DNA of 56,658 nucleotides from Rotaria socialis (Eukaryota): NCBI GenBank assembly GCA_905331295.1, contig CAJNYD010000004.1, positions 1 to 56,658 of the forward strand, read 5' to 3'. Shown piece by piece: positions 40,670 to 53,040 of this stretch (position 1 is its first letter; each line of letters starts with the position of its first letter). The notes under the pieces were generated by a model. It saw only the letters and a program-made list of their open reading frames with translations, ran no database searches and was not told where the DNA came from. The position numbers and the translations under genes were made by a program.

Positions 40670-41199
40670 ATTGATAGATGATGAGTTGAAACAGCGTTCC
40701 ATTCTTACCGATTCTATTTTTTATTCTTTGCTTGATTTTCAATAAAATTTATTTAGAATACGAAAAAATATTTACAGTCAATTAAATCCAACAGTGTCGT
40801 GCTGAAAGTGTAAATGTAATATCAATAACTGCTAGTTGGGTGATACTATGGCTGTGTGGAAGTTGTTGAAAAGAGTATTACAGTTGCTTCTCTACGAAAA
40901 ACAACAAAGATTGAGTCATTAATACCTAAATCGACTACCATGTGTATTCAACCGCTATTTTTCTTTAAAAAAATAATAACTCAAGATTTTAAAGTTGTCC
41001 TAGCGTTTTTTAACAAAGGCATATACGGTCATTCACAACAAGCAGCGGCGTTATTTGATTCTAGCGAAGATTCGATGCATGTTGCCATCGCGTATACTTA
41101 AGGATTTAGCATCAAATGACAATAACAATAGATAGTAAGAAACGGTTTTGCCAAATCTAGTTTCAAATGTGTCGACTATCATTTTAGTCGTGGCATAAA

Positions 41200-41679
41200 A
41201 TGCAATTATCAACGATAATAGTTTTTCTGACTTGCACAATATTTTACACGGGTGCTTATAACGCGCGTGTGTACACTAATGAAGCTGTTTTCATTAGAAT
41301 GCTGATGCAAACAAGAGATAATTACGGTTGTGATGCGATTGTTCCTAGTTGCGGTCCAAAAGGTAAATGCTGTGATCGACATGATGCATGTTTTAAGCAA
41401 CATCGCTGCCGTGCAAACAGTTGGGGTTGGTCTTGTAAGTGAACTTGAACACGATTCTCTTATCTATTTATTTATTTCGATATCTTGACAGGGATACCAG
41501 GTGCAGCATTGTTCGACCCATGTGCTCGTTGTAATAAAGCTGTTTTCATCTGTGTTACTACTCTGTTTTTATGGCCTGGGCCAAGTGAATGTTGTGGAAT
41601 TGGGAATTGCGGACAACATAGACCAAGAAAAAAATCATCTAGAAATAGTGCTCGGCTTCCCTTCAAAGTGAATATTTGA
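41200..41679 (+). CDS. Secreted phospholipase A2-like protein, 2 exons, 140 aa
   Basis: Exons 41200-41434 and 41492-41679 joined by a phase-1 GTAAGT..CAG intron; signal peptide; sPLA2 active-site motif CCDRHDACF; AATAAA right after the stop. Confidence 0.75.
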
Positions 41680-42146
41680 AATAAAGTGTGTTGCAATTCT
41701 ATGAGACGAATATAGGAAAGATCGACTTTGGGAGAACATTTTCGCCTGGTAGCTGAGCATTTTAATTCGGAATATGAATCTGTTGAATAAAAATGAAAAT
41801 TTATATCGTTGTTTCATGAAGACTGAATGATCCGTCTTTTGTTAAAGAAAAGGCAGTTCGGTATAAAATGATCAGAAGCTCAGAGAGATTAGACTGCAAA
41901 CTAATTTCTAGAAACAAAACCAAATATATCTTTTCGAAGCAAAGAGTGATGGCTTGTTTGAAGATAAATACAGTGGCTGGCCATTGCGAATATTGAAGGA
42001 GACACTTTCGGTTATAATAGAATATTCTAGTTTAAAAGTAATAGCGTGTAAAATTTTATCATTTGCTTTATTGAATGTTAATGTGCTAGTAAAATTTAAC
42101 AAGTATTCTTGATTGAGACCGCTGAAATAAATGTTTTTGTGAAAGA

Positions 42147-43382
42147 TTATTGCCGATATTTTTTCATTTTTCTACTGCACTGGCTCTTGCATTTCTCGAT
42201 TGTTGGTCGGTTCCGTAAGAAATAAAAATTGGCAGATTTTTCAAATTTGATTTTTCGTTTGCTTTTGTCATTTTCTATTGCACCCCAACGCTTAAGTAAA
42301 TACATAACATTTTCAAAATCGACTTTTTTCCAATAAGTACGATCACGAAATTCAAACTTGCGCACAATCGCTAAACGTTCTGGTGAGTATTCTGTCAGAT
42401 GATTTTTAGCCCATTTATTTATTCTTGAAGGCCAATTTTCTGTTAGAGAAAGCAGGCTCATTGAGTCAAAAAATATATCCCATGAAAGATGTGAGAAGTC
42501 CCGACATAAATCTAAGTTAACCCAATGCCAATGAAAATATTCAAGTGAATTAACTAGTGGAATAAAAGGGCATAGATTCTCGTCTTTTTTCACGCTGATA
42601 TTTGGTATAATAGTACGGCATAAATCTTCGTCTTCTTCTATGTGGTGTTTTCTTCGCCAATGAAACATATGTGTCTTGGGCGCCGTAAGAGTTTCACCAA
42701 TGATGTCTGGATCGATTTGTGAGGCGTCGACTTGTTCTAAACTTTGTCTATACATGTTGAGTGCACTGCGTTGATCAGAATTAAAAATACTAGAACAATA
42801 GTTCTCTGCTATGAACAATGTTTGATAGCGGAAACGTGGGCCAAATACAGAAGGAGAACTAAGAATATCTATGACGAGATTGAATATAATTTTCACAGTT
42901 TTCCAATCATCCATGTCGTATTCTCCACCACAAATGGCCACTAAAACTTCCGCGGCAGTATCACGCGCATCGCCAGGACTGGCTTCATAATAGTGTCGAT
43001 GGAATCCTTTTTCAGTAGGATCAATTGCGTTTTTCAAAATAGGAACAGGTAATGGATAAACAGATAGAAACTTGTATAGTTCCAAAAGGAATAGTAGATT
43101 ACCACTGCGCGGTAGCCTGGAAAAGAGAAAGGATGACCTTACATTTATTACTGTGGCAAGCACGATCATAAAGTACGTATATCGAAATGGATAATTCAGA
43201 ATGAATTCGCCTTGTTCGTTTCGTTTAGTAGAGAAGTTATTGGCATTGAATACCAAAGTAGCCAAATACGGAATTCGTTGAAGTTGTTTCTCTGTAAGTG
43301 ATACAGTTTGATTTGATTTGACGAAACGAAATACATGCACGCCTTTGTTATGGGCTTCTAACATCGTCAATGCTGAAGCCAT
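42147..43382 (-). CDS. Uncharacterised 411-aa intronless protein, possibly a divergent BTB/POZ-like N-terminus
   Basis: Long ORF in AT-rich DNA; LTEKQLQRIPYLATLV...RNEQGEFIL loosely resembles T1-type BTB starts; basic C-terminal tail. Confidence 0.65.
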   Translation of the reverse strand: MASALTMLEAHNKGVHVFRFVKSNQTVSLTEKQLQRIPYLATLVFNANNFSTKRNEQGEFILNYPFRYTYFMIVLATVINVRSSFLFSRLPRSGNLLFLLELYKFLSVYPLPVPILKNAIDPTEKGFHRHYYEASPGDARDTAAEVLVAICGGEYDMDDWKTVKIIFNLVIDILSSPSVFGPRFRYQTLFIAENYCSSIFNSDQRSALNMYRQSLEQVDASQIDPDIIGETLTAPKTHMFHWRRKHHIEEDEDLCRTIIPNISVKKDENLCPFIPLVNSLEYFHWHWVNLDLCRDFSHLSWDIFFDSMSLLSLTENWPSRINKWAKNHLTEYSPERLAIVRKFEFRDRTYWKKVDFENVMYLLKRWGAIENDKSKRKIKFEKSANFYFLRNRPTIEKCKSQCSRKMKKYRQ

Positions 43383-44348
43383 GGTTAAAAGTCAACCAAA
43401 GTATAAGTGACAAAAAACAAGCTAGTCCTTTTTTAAGTTTCTTTTACATTACATGCACAACACTAAAAGAATATATGAAGCATTTTTACGATTATTCAGA
43501 TCGTTTTATTGCTGGAATTTTCCAAGTACGTGGTTGTGAGTTATCTGACTGTAAATGAATCACTGGTATGTTTACGTCATGGTACAACTGGTTTCGTGAA
43601 TCCTGATACGTTATGATATTCTACGAATCCCTCCATTGATTTAAAATTTGCAGCCAATTCATGAACCTACTGCAACCAAGCAAATTTGTTCTGAGGTATG
43701 GTTCATATGGTTGAGATAACAATATACAATCACTTTGGCGAACTTCTGTCAGACTAAATAGAGGTCGCTTAAGACTAGTTTTTCGATGTCATGAAAATCT
43801 TTGGGAATTAGACAAGAGAAATCAAGCAATGGAATAAAGCTTGATTTTATCTCTCTACAGTGATTTTGTTTTTCATTGGCCACTTTTTTCTACTCTATTA
43901 ATTAGAATGACTTTACTTAGATCTTCAACATGCTGTTATTTATTTGTATTATCGGTTCAAATCGCATAGGGTAAATTACATACACTATTGAATCTAGCTT
44001 ATCTTAACCGATTCATATCGTTCGTATTTTTACTCAAAATAGGCACAACAAACGACCGTGTTTTAATTGATTTCAAACTCACGTGATAATCTTGAAAAAA
44101 ACTAATTCAATTAGAGCGGAATTATATGATTCGTCCTATGAAAATAGATGTGTCCCTATTTATAGAAAAATCTTGCTTTTCTTCTTGTTCTCCAATCAAT
44201 TCCTCGTTCAATATATTATTTATATTTTGAACAAAAAAAAACATAAGAATATTCAATCAATGCTAACAAAATAGAAATGATGACTAGGCATTTTTCTCGC
44301 TCATGACCGATTAAATTATTAAAATCGCTGATTCGAATGCTAATACTT

Positions 44349-45677
44349 TTACAAATCATCATCACCATCACCTCTATCAAATATGTCATTATTATTTAAT
44401 CGTTCTAGATCCGACTCGGTTCTTGTTGCCAGTCCAGCGAACGCTTTCGATGCAGTTTTTTCACTTGCCATTGTTGGCGTAACGGATTCCACGGTTGAAT
44501 TAGTTGTTTCTGATTTTTTCGCTAATATTTCATCAACCATACTTTGTAGAAACGTACTTATCGATGGTGCTTGTTCTGTATGTATAGTAATCCATTGTAG
44601 AGTATCTTTTTTAATTAAATATTCTAACGAAATATTCATATCTTGTTTTGTCCAATTGACTTTCCAACATCGAATACGTGTCACTTTAAATATGAGATTT
44701 TGATTTTTCTTTTTTTCATCAGCATCGAAACAACAAATAACTTCATTGTTTCCAATGGCCAATACACATTGACGAAGTTTTTCTTTTTTTGCATCGTTTA
44801 TCGGATAAATCATTGAACATTTTCTTATTATAATATGACCGTAAAAGTTCGATGTACGTGCTAATAATATATAATCCTTAAATGATTTATTGTCGCGTAG
44901 AATTTCTAATTGTTGATAGATATCGCTGGAATATAAATCACGGCTTTGTTCGATTTCGTATTGTGCTTGAATAAAAAGAAGATTACGTGCACGACGATCA
45001 TCAAGGAATTGTAAATCAAATTCTGGATTCCAATAGGATTTTTTAAAAACAATACAAGATTGTTCGCATGATTTTTTCGTTTGTTTGAATGATAAATAAG
45101 GCGATTCAAAATCATAGATAGGTCGTATCATATTTAATTCATTATCTTTTTGTTCGTAGAAATATAAAGAAAAAAATGATAAAAAATCTTCTTCCAATTG
45201 CATTTTAAGTCCACATGCATCGAGTAGACGAGATTTATTATCGTTAGTTGAAAGATTTTCAATAATAATTTCATGATTATTGAGTAGACATATTGCTAAA
45301 TTAATTTTTTGATGATTATCAAGTGGTTCATTGGAAAATGTTTCAATTTGAGCATTGAAAAAGAACTCATTAAAATACGATGATGTTATTATATATTTAT
45401 TTTGTACTATTGATTGTAAATAATATTCCAGTAACATACGTCTCTCTTCCGTGTCTCTAGCTGTTAAACTAAAGAATTTCTTCGGAGGAAATTGTTCAAT
45501 ATTTGTCATGGCTGTTGGTAGTAGACGTTGAAGTTCTTCATTAAATTTATGTAATTGAGAATAACGTAAACTGCAATGATGTACTCCATTTACATGAATA
45601 TTAAATAAGGTATACGATTGTTGATTACTATTGGTTTCAGCCGAAGCTTCAGTTGTGTCTGGTATGGAAAAATGCAT
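44349..45677 (-). CDS. SNX17: Sorting nexin-17 (PX + FERM-like), intronless CDS
   Basis: MHFSIPDT, FNIHVNGVHHCSLRYSQL, FPPKKFFSL, KSYW, FKVTRIRCWKV, LQWITI, LQSMVDE, acidic C-terminus GDDDL (retriever-binding motif type). Confidence 0.93.
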   Translation of the reverse strand: MHFSIPDTTEASAETNSNQQSYTLFNIHVNGVHHCSLRYSQLHKFNEELQRLLPTAMTNIEQFPPKKFFSLTARDTEERRMLLEYYLQSIVQNKYIITSSYFNEFFFNAQIETFSNEPLDNHQKINLAICLLNNHEIIIENLSTNDNKSRLLDACGLKMQLEEDFLSFFSLYFYEQKDNELNMIRPIYDFESPYLSFKQTKKSCEQSCIVFKKSYWNPEFDLQFLDDRRARNLLFIQAQYEIEQSRDLYSSDIYQQLEILRDNKSFKDYILLARTSNFYGHIIIRKCSMIYPINDAKKEKLRQCVLAIGNNEVICCFDADEKKKNQNLIFKVTRIRCWKVNWTKQDMNISLEYLIKKDTLQWITIHTEQAPSISTFLQSMVDEILAKKSETTNSTVESVTPTMASEKTASKAFAGLATRTESDLERLNNNDIFDRGDGDDDL

Positions 45678-46464
45678 CTAAAGAAAACAATAGGATGCTG
45701 CATAACTCTCATCTCATTGAATCAAAAGACACGTTTCCTTGATAATTAGCTATGAAATAGCTGATGGTAATATTTTAGTTCGGCCAACGAAAATAGAAGT
45801 AAAAACTTTCATTCTTCCTCGAATTAGATCCATGCAGGGGTCAAGAGGTCAACAACAATATACTGCATGAATCAGATATTGGCAAAAATTCTCTTGAATG
45901 AAATAGTCGTACCAATTTTTCGCACTCGATTTTGCTACAATCAAATTTTAAACTATTCTGAATAGCAGAATACAAACCGTATCTTTGACTTGATGATGTT
46001 CAACAAGAGATTAACTCACTTTAGCATCTACGTACGTTGAGTTATTTTTATTACGTTAAAATCAAAGAGATAAGACAGCAAAGAAAAATAATAACGATGC
46101 ATACAACTAGATGCGCATCGACTAAAATTGAAAATATCCATTTTTATATACACTCTGTGCTCTTATCGTAATCATTGAGTAAATATTACAAATGAAGAAA
46201 AAAAAACGAATGAGAAATCTCGAATGATAAAAAATATAAAAAGACAAAAGTGCACTACACGTATAAATAAAAATAAGGTTTTCTTTGATTAATTATGACT
46301 CGAAACTAAACAAACCGGAATGAATAGAAATATATATTTCTGTGACACAGAAAAACACGTAGAATGACTTAAACATTTAAAAAATGCATAGAACTGATCA
46401 GATATCGATTGTGTAGCTATGAGATAATGCGAGATTCCTGCATGAGAATTTTTCTAAATCACTG

Positions 46465-48524
46465 CTATTTATTTATATTGTTTATCGATTGTATTTCGCG
46501 ATAAATACATTGAAAACAATCATACATAAATTGTGTAAATAATGTTTGTAATTTCACTGGTTTTGCAGTATCCATTGTCGAACGTTTATATTGAAATATA
46601 AAATATTGTCCTTGAATATAATATCGCTCAATGATTTCCCATTCAAAATCGGCTATATGACCCTCCTCCAATTTACCGTCATCGGAACAAGCGTGCAAAC
46701 GAAGGCGTGCTGAATTTAACGATACAATAACACAACCATTATCTTTACGTGAACTGCATGGGCATAGCGGAAATGTTATTGTATTATAGATATCGGTCAA
46801 GGTTTGTGCATATTTTATATATTCAATTTCGTCAGATGTTTTTAAAGCTGATCGTTGATTGATTGTAACATTTTTCGAACGACTTAATTGATCGACAGCC
46901 TAAAGAAAAATAGGAAAAACCGCACGTATACTTGTAGGCGAATAAATTCAATGATCAAGTTCGACTATATTTACTTCACGATAGATATAATCACGTGCTA
47001 ATTGATATTTTAAAAGTTGATTTTCTATAGGTGGTGAAAAAATTAATTTACGCAAACATAAACACGTTGCATTAGCTGTACAACAATTTTGAATATATAT
47101 TCGATGTGGATATTCATCTGAATGAAGTTTCCGTTCTAAACTTATTGAAAAAATTGTCGATTGACTTTATAGTTTAAAACATACGTACCGAAACCATAGT
47201 CGAGTATTTCAAAAAGATAAAAATATGGTGCACATGGTTCTGGTAGATCAATCTTTTTCACGAGTATCTAAAATAATTTTTATACGGTTAATGGAATGAT
47301 TCTATTTTCGGACAGACTTCATAGACTTGATTAGCAGTCGAAAGGCGTTTTATTTTTAAAATTGTTATGGATCGATCCGGTAACATAATTTTTATTTCAA
47401 CATCAACCGAAATAGAATCATCCTAGAAAACAAATTCAACGATGATTGAAAATTTAAAAGGATAATTTATTCTTACTTGATAAACATCTGCCGATAGAAA
47501 TTCTTGCACCGAATCACAATCACTAATTACACGAACCGAACAAACTAAATGTATAGAATATATATGAATATTTATTTCAATGAGATAATTTTTCTTTTTA
47601 CTCTTATCAAGGTATTGTTCAAGGCCACGTCGACGCGTATCTAATTGTTGATCCGATAATTTAAATGGCCATTTTTTTGGTAGAGAACTAAATGGAAAAT
47701 CTGGAAATTCTTGTTTTAATTGTTGATGCAATGAAGCAAATTCTCGATAACGTCGAGAACATAAATGACGACCTGATGAATAGAAATTATAGGAATTCTA
47801 CTAGAAACAAAAAAAATTTACCAGCTATATGAATATTGAAGGCCTGAAAAAGAAAAATAAACGTAGTATTAAAAACAACTATTTGATTCTCACAGAATCT
47901 TCAAAACAATAATTTTACGATAATAGAAATCCTCATGAGTCGATATTCAATAACTTACATGAAATTTTCCGTCTTTAGCTTCTACCAAAGTATAATCCGG
48001 TATCGTAATCGCCAATGATCGTCGATCGGTATAATCATTTGAACTTTCGCTTGACTCTTCAGTTGAATATGTATCATTATTTTTTTCATCGCCTGCTGAA
48101 GCAATAACTTGAAAAACAACAAGAGAATATTTATATTATTTTGTTTTCTGTGTTTTTCTTTTTTTTACCAAGTAGATGAAGGTCACCATTGCAATTCTTA
48201 ATTAAGTCAACAACTTGTTTGTGGGGTGCACCTTCAACATCGACTTCATTTCTTAAAGAAATAAATGCATAGATTTATTTAAGAGAACAGTTTGGTTACG
48301 TACACTCGAAGAATTTTATCTCCAATACAAAGTCCAGCTTTTTCAGCCGCACTTTCATTTGAAACAGCTGATACATGTTGTAATGGTGCGTAGAGTGTAC
48401 CGTGAATCGCTTTTATTTGGCCCCCTGCAACAACTTGTCCGCGTACATTAAACCCAAAACCATCATTCGCTTTTTTAATAATTATATTCCTTGGTGTTTG
48501 TTTTGATGTTTCGGGAATATTCAT
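46465..48524 (-). CDS. SNX27: Sorting nexin-27 (PDZ-PX-FERM-like), 10 exons
   Basis: [112 protein letters not shown]; all introns GT-AG and in phase. Confidence 0.93.
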
Positions 48525-49314
48525 TTTTATCGAATAGATATACTTCACCGAATAATTGTAACTTGTTGTATTTTTTCAGATTGACAGATGACTCATATTA
48601 TCTTAGTAGATTCCGTTTCAGTTATGCACTTGATTTATCAATGCGAATTATACGATAATTCATCTATCAAATGAATTGATTATTGCCGTTTGTAATCAAA
48701 TGAAATATTTTCTATTGTTGGCAAGTCATATAAATAGGTGTTTTCAAGAAAGAAATATTTTTTTAGTGCTGCTCTCTAGGATTAATCGGTTCGTTCTATT
48801 TTATAAATTACTATGCATACATCAATACTCCTACTAGGCATTTGATAATTACATTTATTTTTCAACTGCTGATTGAAACATTTGACAGTATTTTCAATTT
48901 ATGAGGATGTTCAAAATTCGATATAGATGTCACCAGTGGCAAGCGTATTGATTAATAATTGAAAGAGAAAGCAACGTCAATCATTTATTCATTCAGTCAG
49001 TCAATTCCTTTGACAATAGTTCTTCTTCTTTTCTGGTATACGATTAAATACCATTTTCGGTTGGTTAATGGTTAAAACCAATCAATAGATACGATGAACG
49101 GCTATATACACGATGTTGGATGATTTCTTTCTCGTCTCCGTTGTTGTGCATTATTTTATAATCAGTCAAGAATTTTATACGTCCATCCGTTCAATCTACA
49201 CTAGTTCTTTTTTTCGCTCTAGATTTTACACGTTATACTTCTTACTATTAACAAAGGTTAGATATTTATTTCCTTCATCATTTTTTTTCTGAAAACAATT
49301 TTCTTTTAGAATAA

Positions 49315-50226
<912 letters not shown>

Positions 50227-51207
50227 GAGAATAATTCAATGAACATGTACAAAAAAAATGTATTCTGCTTTTTTGGTCTTAATCGATTATTGATTTGTTC
50301 TCTATATATTATTTTGTTTTCTCAGGTTGGCTTTTATTTTTGATGTCAACACTATGTGTTCATTCAAAAATCATCGTTCTTTTTGTTGTGTTGTTTAGAA
50401 CTATGGATGAAAGAATCCACAAATATCCTTTTCTTTTTCGTATCGAATGAAAATTGATTTCATCGGTTTTCTTTTTTGTATGTGTAGAATTTGTTTGTAT
50501 CTGTAGCTGGTTGTATGTGTTAGAACTAAACCCATATTATACCGTTTTCAATTGAAATAAACATTTATCTGATTGTTAGTCGACGAAAAAGTGAACCCAA
50601 AATTTTACTATCATGGAAAATAGTCATCTTCAATTACTGCTCTAATGAAGAATGTGATTCATCACGTGTTGGTCTTGTTAAAGTGGGTAGAGAATGAATT
50701 CAATTTTATTGTTGAGTTGTTTATATCCTACAGGCGGAAAACACTCGGCGTAACATCCGATAAGACATTTATTTTACCGAATGAATGGTAAAAGAAGTGA
50801 TTTATCGAGCTCTACAATGTTGAAGAATCAGCTGACATTTGAAAATATCTAGATTGGGTTTTCCGTCTGAGGACAAAAAAAAAACTCTATACGAATTTAT
50901 AGAGAAGTGTCAGAAAAGGTAGTCCAATTTCGAAAGCTTACCGACCGGTAATAAATTTTATTTTATTCAGATTAAGAATAATGATACCTCTCAATTCTTC
51001 ATGATATTTTAACTAACGCATAACTATTATGCATCAGTTTGTTTTGCCATTAGGTATTATGGAGAATTAGGTCGTTCATGTCTACAAGTAAACTAAATTG
51101 AAAGTTCTGAAGAAATTTACATACAAACATGTTTTATTTTTGAGTATTTGATTACAATACTTCATCCCCTCAATTTTATATCAATGCTGGCGTAGGCGAG
51201 AATATTA

Positions 51208-51322
51208 TGTACAGATATCTATTAATAAAGCTTTCTATAGAGGTCCACGCAGGAGAAACTGTACAGATATCTATTAATAAAGGTTTCTATAGAGGTCTAC
51301 GCAGGAGAAACTGTACAGATAT
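51208..51322. repeat. 52-bp tandem duplication (2.2 copies)
   Basis: TGTACAGATATCTATTAATAAAG..GCAGGAGAAAC at 51208 and 51260 (2 mismatches), partial third copy at 51312. Confidence 0.9.
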
Positions 51323-52159
51323 TGTCATTTTCTCGTGACATAAATGGGGTTACTTAAATAGTCGTTTCGGTACTTATAATCTTGTCAAGATAGATAAATC
51401 TTGATATCTAGAATAAAAGTTGCTCTAGATTTGAAATCTTTCGATGTTTCTCCGTCAGGAGGTAGTAAAACCAGAAGATGCTTTTCTTTTTTGGCCATTC
51501 AGATAACCTATCTGCTCGTTTCTATCCAATTTCGTTGTTGTGAACAACTAGTTTTTTGTGTGTTTAATATGTATATTGGGAGATGTTGCGAATTCTCATC
51601 TTCCATAAATGGCAATATTGCTTATTTTTGATCATGCAGCAATTCAGAATTCTCGAAAAACTTCAACGTAGTCAATAACCTTTATGTTATCGAAAGGGCA
51701 CGTCAACAGAGTGAGCATAGAAGAGTTGCTGTTTCAACTTAAGCTTAATTACTATTCGATGACAAAGCAAAACTTGTAATTAGAGAAAGATTTTTCAAAA
51801 TATTGTGCTTTACATCCTTTTGCCCTTAAATTTGCGGGGCTAAAAGTAGAACTCAACCATTGCTCTCATGCAACTAGCAATCAAGTACATTTAATGAAGA
51901 AGCGCCAAGCACTTCGATTTCCCGTACAAATTACTGTTTGATTTAGAGTGAGACATTTCTATTAAATTGAAATCTAGCGTTATGAATGATTTTGTTGCAA
52001 GAATTCCGAATACTGTTATTCATTGGATTGAAATCAAAAAGAATATTTTTCTTTAAAAATAAATTTTATTTTTAAGTTAAATTTTATCTGACAATAGCCA
52101 TTAAAAATAAAACACAAAAATAAATATCTTCCCTAAGCTTTCTAATTCTACATCGAATA

Positions 52160-52705
52160 TCAAAATTTATGTTGATAATCGACTATTTGCGATAAAAATA
52201 TTCGCGAAAAATCCTTGTGATTAACATCATCGATCGAACGTCGATGTCGTCGTTTATACGCCGGGCAATCTTGTTCGATTATAGTCATTATTAATGATCC
52301 ATATTTGCTGTCGAATGTACTCAAAAATTCTTGAATACTTTTCTCATCATCAGCCATACTATATAGTAGAGAAAATAGGATTAGAATTGATCGATTGATT
52401 TTTAGTAGCAAAGATAAATCTTACCTACACAGATATCCAAGAAATGAATAGGATGGCCGCGGTGATTGCCGATGAATACGTGAATGAGAATTCAGAAATC
52501 GACTCATTTCAGGAAATGGATGATAACCCGTTTGCCATTTACTATTCACATAAACGTATCGTTTTTTTTTATTCAATATCGAAAATAAAAACCTTGAAAT
52601 CACTTACTGATTCAAATCTAAATCCACCGGATGAGTATGAACTTTCGTACTATGAAACAACAGAAACAACGAACCAACACAAATCAAAGCAACAATGAAA
52701 TTCAT
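52160..52705 (-). CDS. Putative neuropeptide/hormone precursor (prepropeptide), 3 exons, 137 aa
   Basis: Exons 52705-52608, 52541-52425, 52358-52160 splice in frame. Signal peptide MNFIVALICVGSLFLLFHSTKVHT; RIHR and KRRHRR cleavage sites flank a Gln-initiated two-Cys peptide. Confidence 0.75.
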
Positions 52706-53040
52706 TAGTTTCTTCTCTTTTTTTAGCTGCTAAAATTAATGTACTGTTTGGAAAGTGTTGTATATTAGTAGATCGATTTAGTACTGATATATAATTGTAT
52801 ACAAGTCTTACGTATATATATATAGATATATATATAATACAAGATGACAAGCAGTATTCGTCTAAAAGGCATGGCTGTCAGTAGGCGTTATTGCAGATCT
52901 CTTGATAGCATAATAGTTATTTCTTAAGCGTAGGTTTTTTTTGTTTATTCATTTATTGAGATTCTAGAACAATTAGAGCTGTGTTTTTTTTCTTATTGAT
53001 TTTCTAATTGTCTATAGTGTATCTTTAAATGTTTTTCCTG

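Noticed and set aside
44383..44703. Plus-strand 106-aa ORF (also 17133-17414, 52444-52698, 53090-53401)
   Set aside because: Antisense shadows of real minus-strand exons
51208..51322. CRISPR-like array
   Set aside because: Whole units are duplicated with no unique spacers; eukaryotic context; no cas genes
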